From the IMG/VR virus record IMGVR_UViG_3300021964_000019: a stretch of 64,000 nt of DNA; one strand, 5' to 3'. The notes beneath the pieces are model-generated. The model was not told the DNA's origin. It saw only the letters and a list, made by a program, of their open reading frames with translations, and did no database searches. The stretch's first letter is position 1. Every line of letters starts with the position of its first letter. This stretch comes from an uncultured virus (IMG/VR IMGVR_UViG_3300021964_000019). Taxonomy: Duplodnaviria; Heunggongvirae; Uroviricota; Caudoviricetes. Of this stretch, positions 47,789 to 56,508 are shown piece by piece. Position numbers and translations under genes: made by a program.

Positions 47789-48472
47789 TTAACCTTCGTT
47801 TGCTTTCGGTGTGTAATCTGCACATGAAAGGCCACGACGTGTAAGAACAGTCTTAACACCACGCACAGTTTTACCAAAGGCATCAGCGATATCTTCTACA
47901 GACTGATCGAGCATATCTTCGATACCCTCATATGGATCAGACTTTGAAGCTTTCTTATCACGCTGTTCTGCTTTAAGACCCATTGAAAGAAGCTTACCAC
48001 GAACAGAGTTGACTGGACGACCAAGCTCATCTGCAATTTCTTCAAGATACTTACCAGCATTAACAAGTGCTTCGATTTGAGCTTCTTGTTCAGCAGTAAA
48101 GGTCTTAGGAGTGATCTTCTTTTCAGCTGGCTTGATATGAGAAGTCATTTCAAGTGACAGTGCTTTACCGTTGATCTGACGAGCAGTAAACTTACCACCA
48201 GCAAATACATCAGCAATTTCTTCTGCTGTATGAACACCAGAGTTTTCTGCCAAGAAAGCTGCTAGTGCGTCAGTTTCGTCAGCTGAGAACACAGGTGCTG
48301 CACCAGGCTTCTTAGGAACATCAAATCCAAGCTTGCGAAGCTTTGCAGTTACTGAACGACGAGGAAACTCGAACTCATCGCAAAGTGTTTCAATAATGTC
48401 TTCTGTTACACCGCTTGCACAAGCAGATTCCATACGGGTAACCATGTCTTCAGTATATTCAAATTTACTCAT
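47789..48472 (-). CDS. T5 D5-like DNA-binding transcription regulator
   Basis: RSVTAKLRKLGF, GKALSLEMT..IKP.EK, RGVKTVLTRRGL...DY recalled from T5 D5; syntenic after ligase. Confidence 0.85.
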   Translation of the reverse strand: MSKFEYTEDMVTRMESACASGVTEDIIETLCDEFEFPRRSVTAKLRKLGFDVPKKPGAAPVFSADETDALAAFLAENSGVHTAEEIADVFAGGKFTARQINGKALSLEMTSHIKPAEKKITPKTFTAEQEAQIEALVNAGKYLEEIADELGRPVNSVRGKLLSMGLKAEQRDKKASKSDPYEGIEDMLDQSVEDIADAFGKTVRGVKTVLTRRGLSCADYTPKANEG

Positions 48473-48544
48473 TTTATTTTCCCTCTTTTAAAGTTTGGTT
48501 TTGTGTTTGAAGTTGAAAAACTCTTTTCTCAACTTTATGAATTG

Positions 48545-48574
48545 ATTATATCAGAAGAAATCAGCTATAACCAA
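48545..48574 (-). promoter_or_regulatory. Promoter for D5
   Basis: TGA-TATAAT extended -10, TTGGTT at N18; leader palindrome 48510-48535. Confidence 0.55.
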
Positions 48575-48601
48575 GTAAAAAGTTAAAGTAATTGCTTGTT
48601 G

Positions 48602-50344
48602 TTAAACAATTCCTTTTAGAATCTCTGCACGATTATCCCAGTAATTGATAATTTTTATGCCCAGAGATTCAGCACGCTTGGCTTTAGATGAGGTAGCGTC
48701 ACTATCTCCACTAATTAAAGCAATACAGTCTTTAGTAACTGTGTTTGTCACTTGAAAACCAAACTTCGCAAGATGATCTGTAATTTGATTGCGAGTCATA
48801 TCAAGTTTACCAGTCACACAGACCTTTTTGTTTTTAGAAGTAGACATAATAGCTTGTACACTCAAGTCTTGTTCTAGCTGAACTGGTAGTTGTAATACCC
48901 ATTCTTCATTTACTTCTAACCAAGCCAAAATATTATCAACTGTTTTTGGACCGACACCAGTAATAGTCTGATATTCAATCTCTCTCAGTCGACCAAAAGC
49001 AGGAAGCATTTCTACAATATCTTGCGACATTGAGCGACCTACTCCAGGGATTCCAAGTGCGGCTAACACTTGAGAATACGGTTTGGTACAAGAACGTTCT
49101 AGTTCATCTTGAATCTTAGAACCGTTTGCACCTAATAAATGCCAAGATTGCGGCGTATACAAATCAACAGGATGAGTAATACCCATCTTCTTAATTGATG
49201 CCGGACCAAGGCCTTTAATTTCCATTATACGAATAAAGTGTTCTAGTAGTTTTACTGTTGAACGCTTTGATTCATCATCACAAAAGAGTTTTGGTCCTTG
49301 ACGGCGTAGAGATGTGCCGATTGCTTGTTCAGCGTGCAGCTGATCAACAGTTTGTGAGTTTGGATGTGCTTTTAACACACTCACAAACTTAGGAATAACT
49401 CCTCCAGAGCGTTCGATCTGTATTAAATCTCCAACGCCTAGATTATGTGATTCAATGAACTCAATGTTGTGTAGAGTAACACGTGAGATGAGTGCGCCAT
49501 CAATCTCCACAGGATCAACAAGACCTACAGGATTAACTGCACCAGTACGGCCAATTACCCACTCTACTGATTGTAGACGAGTAGTGGCAAGAAGTGCTCC
49601 CCTCTCTTTTAGTGCTATTGCAAATCGTGGATACTTTGAAGTGTATCCAAGACGCTCACACTCTTTCCATGAATCTATTCTATATACTACACCATCTTGC
49701 GGATATTGTCCACACAAATCTTGTTCAAAAACAGTCTGAAACCCAGCTGTTTTTACAATTTTCATTCTGATAGTATAGTCAGCTTGTACTCCGAGTGAGT
49801 CGTGCGCAATAAATCGAATAGCACGATCACGAAACTCTTCAGCATCTTTTAGACCAAGCGCGCCACTCACATAGTTTCTGAAGTTTTCTACCTCATTATC
49901 TGTGACACACTCGCCAACAATAACAGCTGAGTCAATTGAAATGGTTTGTGGAACACTCGCACAATAAGGCATTAGATGAGTAACATCTTCACCATACTCA
50001 CCATTGCCACGAGTAACAGCGCGATCTAGCTTGCCTGCTCGATAGATTAGTGAAAGATTTGCACCATCAAGTTTAGGTAATACAACATTAAACTCTGTAC
50101 CAATCTCTGCACGATCATAACTTTTTTGTAAGGAGTATAGTTTAAAAGGATGTCTAATTTTTCCTGCACTACCTCCGACTCTGAGAGAGGGAGAATCTGC
50201 GTCTCTCCAACCTTGACGACGCTCAGTTTCACACAACTGATCATAAAGAGCATCCCACTCTTGATCTGTGACACTTGGTTTTGCAAGATCATAATACTCA
50301 TGTGCATATCGAGCGACTAGTTGTTTTAGTTCTGTATAGTTCAT
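48602..50344 (-). CDS. ligA: NAD-dependent DNA ligase, single chain
   Basis: LYSLQK, PKLDG, TRGNG..GEDVT, DGVV, PRFAIALK, GRTG, TLHN, HhH repeats, BRCT (VCVTG). Confidence 0.93.
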   Translation of the reverse strand: MNYTELKQLVARYAHEYYDLAKPSVTDQEWDALYDQLCETERRQGWRDADSPSLRVGGSAGKIRHPFKLYSLQKSYDRAEIGTEFNVVLPKLDGANLSLIYRAGKLDRAVTRGNGEYGEDVTHLMPYCASVPQTISIDSAVIVGECVTDNEVENFRNYVSGALGLKDAEEFRDRAIRFIAHDSLGVQADYTIRMKIVKTAGFQTVFEQDLCGQYPQDGVVYRIDSWKECERLGYTSKYPRFAIALKERGALLATTRLQSVEWVIGRTGAVNPVGLVDPVEIDGALISRVTLHNIEFIESHNLGVGDLIQIERSGGVIPKFVSVLKAHPNSQTVDQLHAEQAIGTSLRRQGPKLFCDDESKRSTVKLLEHFIRIMEIKGLGPASIKKMGITHPVDLYTPQSWHLLGANGSKIQDELERSCTKPYSQVLAALGIPGVGRSMSQDIVEMLPAFGRLREIEYQTITGVGPKTVDNILAWLEVNEEWVLQLPVQLEQDLSVQAIMSTSKNKKVCVTGKLDMTRNQITDHLAKFGFQVTNTVTKDCIALISGDSDATSSKAKRAESLGIKIINYWDNRAEILKGIV

Positions 50345-50367
50345 CACTTCTCCTTAAATCTGATACT

Positions 50368-50396
50368 AGAATATCAAATATATAAGCGAGATGCAA
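50368..50396 (-). promoter_or_regulatory. Sigma70-type promoter with imperfect spacer/leader inverted repeat
   Basis: TTGCAT-N17-TATTCT, extended TG. Confidence 0.6.
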
Positions 50397-50399
50397 TGA

Positions 50400-50720
50400 T
50401 TAATCTACATTGTTTGCTAGTTTACGTTCAAGCGCAATCACTAGATTGGTAAGGTTAGACTTTTTATTAAGATTAGTTCCTTCAATCTCAATGTCTAAGA
50501 GTGTTTCAAGATCGCGTAACATTGTTTTTACGGTACGAGATCCCTCACGCTCTTCATCTACAGGCTTTTCATAGATGCGTAGTTGTACCAGTTTAGAGAT
50601 GACGGATCGGTAACCTTTGCCAAAATGATCTCCTAGTTCATTTACATCTTTCATGCCTTCTTCTGTATAAAGCTTGATTAGTTCTGCTTCTTGTTCATCA
50701 CTCCACGCTTTCACGCTCAT
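50400..50720 (-). CDS. T5 D3-like DNA-binding protein
   Basis: WSDEQEAELIKLY...RSVISKLVQLRIYEK; SD GGAGG; synteny. Confidence 0.65.
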   Translation of the reverse strand: MSVKAWSDEQEAELIKLYTEEGMKDVNELGDHFGKGYRSVISKLVQLRIYEKPVDEEREGSRTVKTMLRDLETLLDIEIEGTNLNKKSNLTNLVIALERKLANNVD

Positions 50721-50976
50721 GTGATCCTCCTTTTCTATGTCTCTGGGCAGCATGTTCAGCGGCCTCATCTAGTAGTTTGGTTACGGATGTAGTTTCGTCT
50801 GCGAGCAAGGCGTAGCCTTTAGACGTGGGATACCAGTTTCCAGAGTCGCCGTCCATTGAATATTCACGAATGTGAACATAGGCGACACCTCGAAACTCAT
50901 TGTATGTCACACGAATCTCATTTCCGTTCGCTTTTCTGTACGCAGTTCCAAAGCTACGTTCTGTTTCGTTTTCCAT
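50698..50976 (-). CDS. PC4/p15-like ssDNA-binding protein
   Basis: RVTYNEFRGVAYVHIREY...WYPTSKGYAL. Confidence 0.88.
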   Translation of the reverse strand: MENETERSFGTAYRKANGNEIRVTYNEFRGVAYVHIREYSMDGDSGNWYPTSKGYALLADETTSVTKLLDEAAEHAAQRHRKGGSHERESVE

Positions 50977-51014
50977 GTTTTCCTTTCTTGAAGAGCAAAT
51001 TCAACTTTTAATAC

Positions 51015-51157
51015 TTGCTCTTTGTCAAAATGTGTGTTACTTTATACTCGTATTTAATCAATTTTAAATCAACTAAATCGTAGATTTACGCAATTTAATC
51101 TAGATGTCACATGGCTCCCCCAGATGATCATGCGTTCTCCACTATACACGGAGTGTA
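51015..51157 (+). promoter_or_regulatory. Antisense-oriented promoter + AT-rich tract + hairpin, element B
   Basis: TTGCTC-N17-TACTTT (51015-51043), ACATGGCT at 51109, TACAC-GGA-GTGTA at 51145-51157. Confidence 0.5.
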
Positions 51158-51158
51158 A

Positions 51159-52313
51159 TCACGTAGTACGCCACCCTTGCGTCTGCAATCTGGCAGCTGG
51201 TGTGCTCAAATCAATGGAATTGATTACCTCAGCATACTTTAGACCCACTTCTTTCCAAGTGGTAATATCTAGTGAGTAGTCTATCGGAGATAGATCGCCT
51301 TGGTACGCTTGTCTCATTTTTGTTACTAAGTCATTTACATCAGGTTCAAACGCAACTGCATGACCTCCCATAGATGTTAATGCATCTCCTGGTTTCATCA
51401 TCATTACATTTGGATCATCAGCTTTTACTACTGTAGGATTAACTTTGATTCTGCATCTTTCATCTTTTACAAAATCATCTGTCGGTCCTTTGTCACTTAC
51501 AAGAGGTACTAATCCACAAGCCATTGCTTCTTGAATGTGCATTCCAAAACCTTCTCCTCTATAAGGATGCACTAAACAGTGTGCAGATTTATAAATGCGA
51601 CTCATATCAATTTCACTGAGTTGTTTATCATTATATTCGATCTCTGCACAACCAGTTTCGTATTGTAGTTTTACTAGTTGTTGTAAAAGATTATAGTTTC
51701 CATAAACTGCAGGATTATCTTTAATTACTAGTTTAACACTTTCTTCCTTTTTAAAAGAAGAACTCCATGCTTGCAATAAGATATTTAATCCTTTTCTCCA
51801 CTGAGCATTTCCAACATAAACAAAAGTAAACTTATCATTCGGTTTTTTATTGCTAGTATTAAAATGTTTTGGATCATAACCATTTGGTACTACTGCCACC
51901 TTACTCGGCATTAGTCCAGCATCTAGAAACACTTTAGCTGTCCAAGAAGAAGGAGTAATAACTAAGTCGGCAAAAGTCTCGAACTTATATTGCCATTCAA
52001 AAGGAAGTTTTTTATATTCCCAAGGCTGTATCTGTACTATTTTTGTTTTGTCTGATACTGGCCATCTCCAAATAGGAGGGTAAGAGTGTCTAATTTGAAT
52101 ATCTGGTTCTGTGTTTACAGGTTTAATTAAGGCTTTTAACTCTTTTAGTTCAGAAGAAGCTAGATTATATTGAGGATCATATGTATCTAGTGGGTTAATC
52201 ACCACCTCAAAATTTTCGTTTTTTGATAGTTCAATAGCCATTTTTCTAGTAACAATAGCTAGACTATGATTATCAAATACTTTTCCAATAATTTCTACTA
52301 TTTTCTTGCTCAT
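51159..52313 (-). CDS. Glycosyltransferase family 4 (GT-B)
   Basis: VVPNG, RKG, HPYRGEGFGMHIQEAMACG. Confidence 0.9.
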   Translation of the reverse strand: MSKKIVEIIGKVFDNHSLAIVTRKMAIELSKNENFEVVINPLDTYDPQYNLASSELKELKALIKPVNTEPDIQIRHSYPPIWRWPVSDKTKIVQIQPWEYKKLPFEWQYKFETFADLVITPSSWTAKVFLDAGLMPSKVAVVPNGYDPKHFNTSNKKPNDKFTFVYVGNAQWRKGLNILLQAWSSSFKKEESVKLVIKDNPAVYGNYNLLQQLVKLQYETGCAEIEYNDKQLSEIDMSRIYKSAHCLVHPYRGEGFGMHIQEAMACGLVPLVSDKGPTDDFVKDERCRIKVNPTVVKADDPNVMMMKPGDALTSMGGHAVAFEPDVNDLVTKMRQAYQGDLSPIDYSLDITTWKEVGLKYAEVINSIDLSTPAARLQTQGWRTT

Positions 52314-52314
52314 T

Positions 52315-53151
52315 TTAAACCTCGATTCTACCAGCGTGTTCTTTTAATTCTTGTTTAAACTTATCTTTTGGAATTTCAATTAGTCTTGCCCATTGTTTTG
52401 GGTCTCCGAAACCAGATGTTTTAAAGTTTCTTAGTTCTTTATAATTCATTAGATTGATTTGTGTCCAGATTTGATAAAAAGGATCTTGATCTGCAATATC
52501 TGCGTGACCAATATTATTTATTTTTTGGTGTAAATCTCCTGCTGGCCTACAAACACTCCAGTGTAGTATTGCAAGAGGAGTTTTTAAGAGTCTTCTATTT
52601 TGTTGAGCATTATTTGTCCACCTAGCATAAACAAACTCATAGTTTTTCCAATTAGCAAACCCTTGTTGTTCGTTGATATCTAACCATCCTTGTTCTGAAG
52701 CGATGCATAAATATCTATCATCAAACTCTTTATAAGGTAAAAACCAATTAAAAGCCAGATCATAATCTTTATAATAAGGCTCAACAAGCGGAAGATAGTC
52801 TTCAAAAAACTCTTTAGGATTAATCAGCTCTTCGTCTGCGTCAAAAGAAAAAACCCAATCATGTGAACACTGTTTTTTAAGAAAGTTTCTTTCATAGTTA
52901 TCATTCTCAATAAATTTTTGAGATACAACAAAATCTTCTTCAATAATGCTAATTTTATTATCTCCATCAATTCTAGATAGTTCTTTAAAAATCTTACTCT
53001 CATTGAATTTAAAATCATTTCCTGCCCATGTTTTTCTATTTTTGTCTAATCCTAAAATAATCTCATCTACATAGGCGTAGTAAGACATAATACTTGCAGG
53101 TAAATACTCTGCGTCGTAACTAATCAGACTTATTACGGATTTCTTTTGCAT
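52315..53151 (-). CDS. Glycosyltransferase, GT-A fold
   Basis: YVDEIILG, ERNFL, DWVFSFDADE, ILHW. Confidence 0.75.
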   Translation of the reverse strand: MQKKSVISLISYDAEYLPASIMSYYAYVDEIILGLDKNRKTWAGNDFKFNESKIFKELSRIDGDNKISIIEEDFVVSQKFIENDNYERNFLKKQCSHDWVFSFDADEELINPKEFFEDYLPLVEPYYKDYDLAFNWFLPYKEFDDRYLCIASEQGWLDINEQQGFANWKNYEFVYARWTNNAQQNRRLLKTPLAILHWSVCRPAGDLHQKINNIGHADIADQDPFYQIWTQINLMNYKELRNFKTSGFGDPKQWARLIEIPKDKFKQELKEHAGRIEV

Positions 53152-53368
53152 GTTTAATTCCCCTTATAAAACCTGTTATAATTGCTTCTACCAAAACTAG
53201 AGGTAATAGTAATAAAAATAGTAGTACTCCGTAGATTACTATAAATCCTGTTGATCCTATTACGAACAGTTTTTGAAATATTTTACTAGAAAAAGTTGCT
53301 GGTTTAGATATGTTTAAATCGTGTTTTTGAAACAGCTCTTCTAGTTGTTGATAATTGATTAATCTCAT
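53120..53368 (-). CDS. Small membrane protein
   Basis: Long hydrophobic segment; ATGA overlap. Confidence 0.55.
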   Translation of the reverse strand: MRLINYQQLEELFQKHDLNISKPATFSSKIFQKLFVIGSTGFIVIYGVLLFLLLLPLVLVEAIITGFIRGIKHAKEIRNKSD

Positions 53369-54099
53369 TCCACATCTCGATCTATTGTTTTCATTAATTC
53401 GCTGTCTTTCCACTTATTTTTTAAGTAGTTTAAGTTATAAGACTCGGCATCAGCCATCTCTGGTGTTTTAATTCTTTTTACATCTTTACTTTGAAAATGA
53501 TACATAGGTATAGGTAATTGGTAAATTTTCCAACCGGCTTTCCTTACCTCTAAACAGTAATCTACATCTCTGTTATAGCTCCACTTGTAGTGAGGATCAA
53601 AATCTCCTACTTTATCTAGAACTTCTCTGCGAATATAGATGCCTCCAAAAGTATACCAAGCAACTTCTCTAACTTTATTATACTGTCCTTCATCTAGTTC
53701 TAGATCTTTCCAAGTTCTTTGTGTAAACAATTCTAATCCGCTTCCGTAGTGATCTGGATTACCGTTGTCATCAAACTTTCCTCCTGCACACTCAATAATA
53801 CTTTTACCATTATAAGTACTAGGATAGAGTAATTTAAGACCTAGTATTCCTGCTTCTGGATACTTTTCAACATATTCTAAAATATCTTCTTCCCAACTTT
53901 CTCCGTCTGGGTGAGGAGTCATATCTGCGTGCATAATAAAAATATCTGTATCACACGAGTTCCAAAGTTTTTGATACATTAAATCAGGACCAATCTTTGC
54001 TTGATCAGACTCTATCAAAGCTGGTACTCCCCAAGGAAGATTACTTTTAAACTCTTGAATTTCTTCTTCAAAAACATAGGGAGTGATAATTGTAAACAT
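53365..54099 (-). CDS. Glycosyltransferase family 2-like
   Basis: IMHAD, GLKLLYP, IRREVLDKVGDFD, DVDYCLEVRKAGW. Confidence 0.85.
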   Translation of the reverse strand: MFTIITPYVFEEEIQEFKSNLPWGVPALIESDQAKIGPDLMYQKLWNSCDTDIFIMHADMTPHPDGESWEEDILEYVEKYPEAGILGLKLLYPSTYNGKSIIECAGGKFDDNGNPDHYGSGLELFTQRTWKDLELDEGQYNKVREVAWYTFGGIYIRREVLDKVGDFDPHYKWSYNRDVDYCLEVRKAGWKIYQLPIPMYHFQSKDVKRIKTPEMADAESYNLNYLKNKWKDSELMKTIDRDVE

Positions 54100-54470
54100 T
54101 AATAATCTCTGTGATTTTTATATTCTGTTAATGCACTATTTGAGTATTTGTTAATTGATTTTTTAACTCTAGCTCTCTCATCGTTTATAATATAGACGGC
54201 TCTAGCTAATTGAACAAATTTATCGCTAAAGTCTTTTTGTTGTTCACACTGTCTTTTTGCATCTTCAATATCCCATAGTTCTTGATTTATTGAAAGCAGC
54301 ATACGATAATAAACGTATATATAAGGTAAATGCCACCAGTCTTGTTCTTCAACTAAGTCTAGTAGTATATTAAGTTCTTTTTCTACTGAATCAATCCCGC
54401 TATCGTATTTTACTTCTAGGATAGCGATTTTATCTAGTAGTTCTCCGTTTGATACTGGTACTTCAATCAT
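54099..54470 (-). CDS. DUF6165-like protein
   Basis: VPVSNGELLDKIAILEVK, INQELWDIED, LARAVYIINDERA. Confidence 0.75.
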   Translation of the reverse strand: MIEVPVSNGELLDKIAILEVKYDSGIDSVEKELNILLDLVEEQDWWHLPYIYVYYRMLLSINQELWDIEDAKRQCEQQKDFSDKFVQLARAVYIINDERARVKKSINKYSNSALTEYKNHRDY

Positions 54471-55474
54471 TAAAACCTCTTTTCTGTCCAAGTTTTTGGT
54501 GTTTTTTCATTTATAATCTCTAAAGGAAGATGATATTTAAAAGGTTTTGTTCCTTTTTCTCTAATCCAATTAGCAGTTTTTGTCACTGCTTCTTCTACTG
54601 TAGTAGTTGTTTTATATCCTAAAAGTTTTCTTGCTTTGTCTGAAGAACAAGTAGCGTGTTTTACTTCTTGTGGTCTACCTTGTGTATAATAAATAGGTTC
54701 TTCATTTAGTCCTGTTTCATTTGCACAAAGTTCCGCTAGTTGTCCAATAGTAATTTCTTGCTCATCAGGTCCTATATTAATTGTTTCTCCTACAATATTT
54801 TCGCTTGTTCCCATTTTTTCTAAACACTGAACACAATCATCTACATAAGAGAAACAACGAGTCTGCGTCCCGTCTCCATATATAATAGAAGGCTTGCCTT
54901 GTAAATTTCTATTTAACATGATACTCATAACATTCCTAAAGGGGTCATCATATTTTTGATTTTCTCCAACAATATTATGAGGAACTGCAATATTCCACTC
55001 AATGTTATGTACCTTTCCTAATACTTTTAAAACATCTTCCGCCGCAACTTTTGCTATTCCATAAGGATCTACAGGCGCAGGAGTCATAGTTTCTTTAAAA
55101 GGTGGTTGTTGTTCTCCGTAACGAGCCATTGATGTACAGAATACAATTCTTTTAACTTTTGCAGCAATTGCTGCTGAAAAAGTAGTTACTGATGCTTCAA
55201 AAATATTTCTTGTGATAAAAGAGGGAGAAAAAACACTTAGTCCTTCGTGTGCTGTAGCTGCGCAATGATACACTAAATCACAGCCTTCCATTGCTTTTTT
55301 CATCGCATCAAAATCACAACAATCACAAAGAGTAAAATCTGCAAAAGAAGGAACATTATCTTCTTCTCCTCCAACAAATGTATCATTACCTGCAACTTGA
55401 TATCCTAGTTCGTGCATACGCATAGCAATGTGATGGCCTAAAAACCCTCCAATTCCTGTAATAAATACTCTCAT
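54470..55474 (-). CDS. NAD-dependent sugar epimerase/dehydratase (extended SDR)
   Basis: ITGIGGFLG, YGIAK, IYGDGTQTRCFSYVDD. Confidence 0.9.
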   Translation of the reverse strand: MRVFITGIGGFLGHHIAMRMHELGYQVAGNDTFVGGEEDNVPSFADFTLCDCCDFDAMKKAMEGCDLVYHCAATAHEGLSVFSPSFITRNIFEASVTTFSAAIAAKVKRIVFCTSMARYGEQQPPFKETMTPAPVDPYGIAKVAAEDVLKVLGKVHNIEWNIAVPHNIVGENQKYDDPFRNVMSIMLNRNLQGKPSIIYGDGTQTRCFSYVDDCVQCLEKMGTSENIVGETINIGPDEQEITIGQLAELCANETGLNEEPIYYTQGRPQEVKHATCSSDKARKLLGYKTTTTVEEAVTKTANWIREKGTKPFKYHLPLEIINEKTPKTWTEKRF

Positions 55475-56508
55475 CGACCCCACCAATTTTTTCTTGCTTT
55501 GTCAAAATCTTCTCTAACCATTAAATCAACTAGTCCTTCAAAACTCATTTCATGTTTCCAGCCCAATTGTTTCTCTGCTTTAGATGAGTCTCCTAGTAAT
55601 AATTCTACTTCTGTTGGTCTAAAATGTGTTGGGTTTACTTTTGCAATTACAGTATTATCGCTTTTTCTAATTGCTACAGTATCAAGACCTTCTCCTTCTA
55701 TAACAACAGGCATTTCTAGAATGTCAGCTGTCATAGTTAAAAACTCTTCTACAGTATGTTCTTCTCCAGTAGCAATAACATAATCGTCTGGTACTTTGTG
55801 TTGCATCATAAGATACATTGCTCTTACAAAGTCATAAGCATATCCCCAATCTCTTTTAGCTTTAAAATTTCCAAGTTCCATTACCATATTTTCTCCTGAC
55901 TTTATTCTAGCTAAATGAGAAGTAATTTTTCTAGTAACAAACTCTTCACCTCTTAAAGGAGATTCATGATTAAATAAAATACCACAACACCCAAAAATAT
56001 TATAAGACTCTCTATAGTTAACTGTCATATAATGAGCATATGTTTTAGCCACAGCATAAGGACTTCTTGGATAAAACTTTGTGTCTTCATTCTGAATTGG
56101 TTCTTGTACTAATCCATACATTTCTGAAGAAGAGGCTTGATAAAATTTAATTTCAGGATTAACTGTCTTAATTGTTTCTAATATTTTTAGAGGCCCTAAA
56201 GCAGTTGCTTCAGAAGTATATATTGGTTGATCAAAACTTGCTCTGACAAAACTTTGTGCAGCTAAGTTGTATATTTCATCGGGCTGAATTTGTTTAATAG
56301 TTTCATAAATATTACTGTACTCTAGCATTTCAAGAGAAACAGGTTTAATTCTATTCCACACTCCTAGTTCTTTTAGTCTCCAAGAACTGTCTGTGCTACT
56401 TCTTCTCATGCCTCCATATACTTCATAACCTTCTGATAAAAGTAGTGATGATAAGTATGCTCCGTCTTGTCCTGTAACTCCTGTTACTAGTGCTCTTTTT
56501 TTACTCAT
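55471..56508 (-). CDS. gmd: GDP-mannose 4,6-dehydratase
   Basis: TGVTGQDGAYL, YNLAAQSFV, FYQASSSE, PRSPYAVAK, ILFNHESPLRG..FVTRKI. Confidence 0.96.
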   Translation of the reverse strand: MSKKRALVTGVTGQDGAYLSSLLLSEGYEVYGGMRRSSTDSSWRLKELGVWNRIKPVSLEMLEYSNIYETIKQIQPDEIYNLAAQSFVRASFDQPIYTSEATALGPLKILETIKTVNPEIKFYQASSSEMYGLVQEPIQNEDTKFYPRSPYAVAKTYAHYMTVNYRESYNIFGCCGILFNHESPLRGEEFVTRKITSHLARIKSGENMVMELGNFKAKRDWGYAYDFVRAMYLMMQHKVPDDYVIATGEEHTVEEFLTMTADILEMPVVIEGEGLDTVAIRKSDNTVIAKVNPTHFRPTEVELLLGDSSKAEKQLGWKHEMSFEGLVDLMVREDFDKARKNWWGR

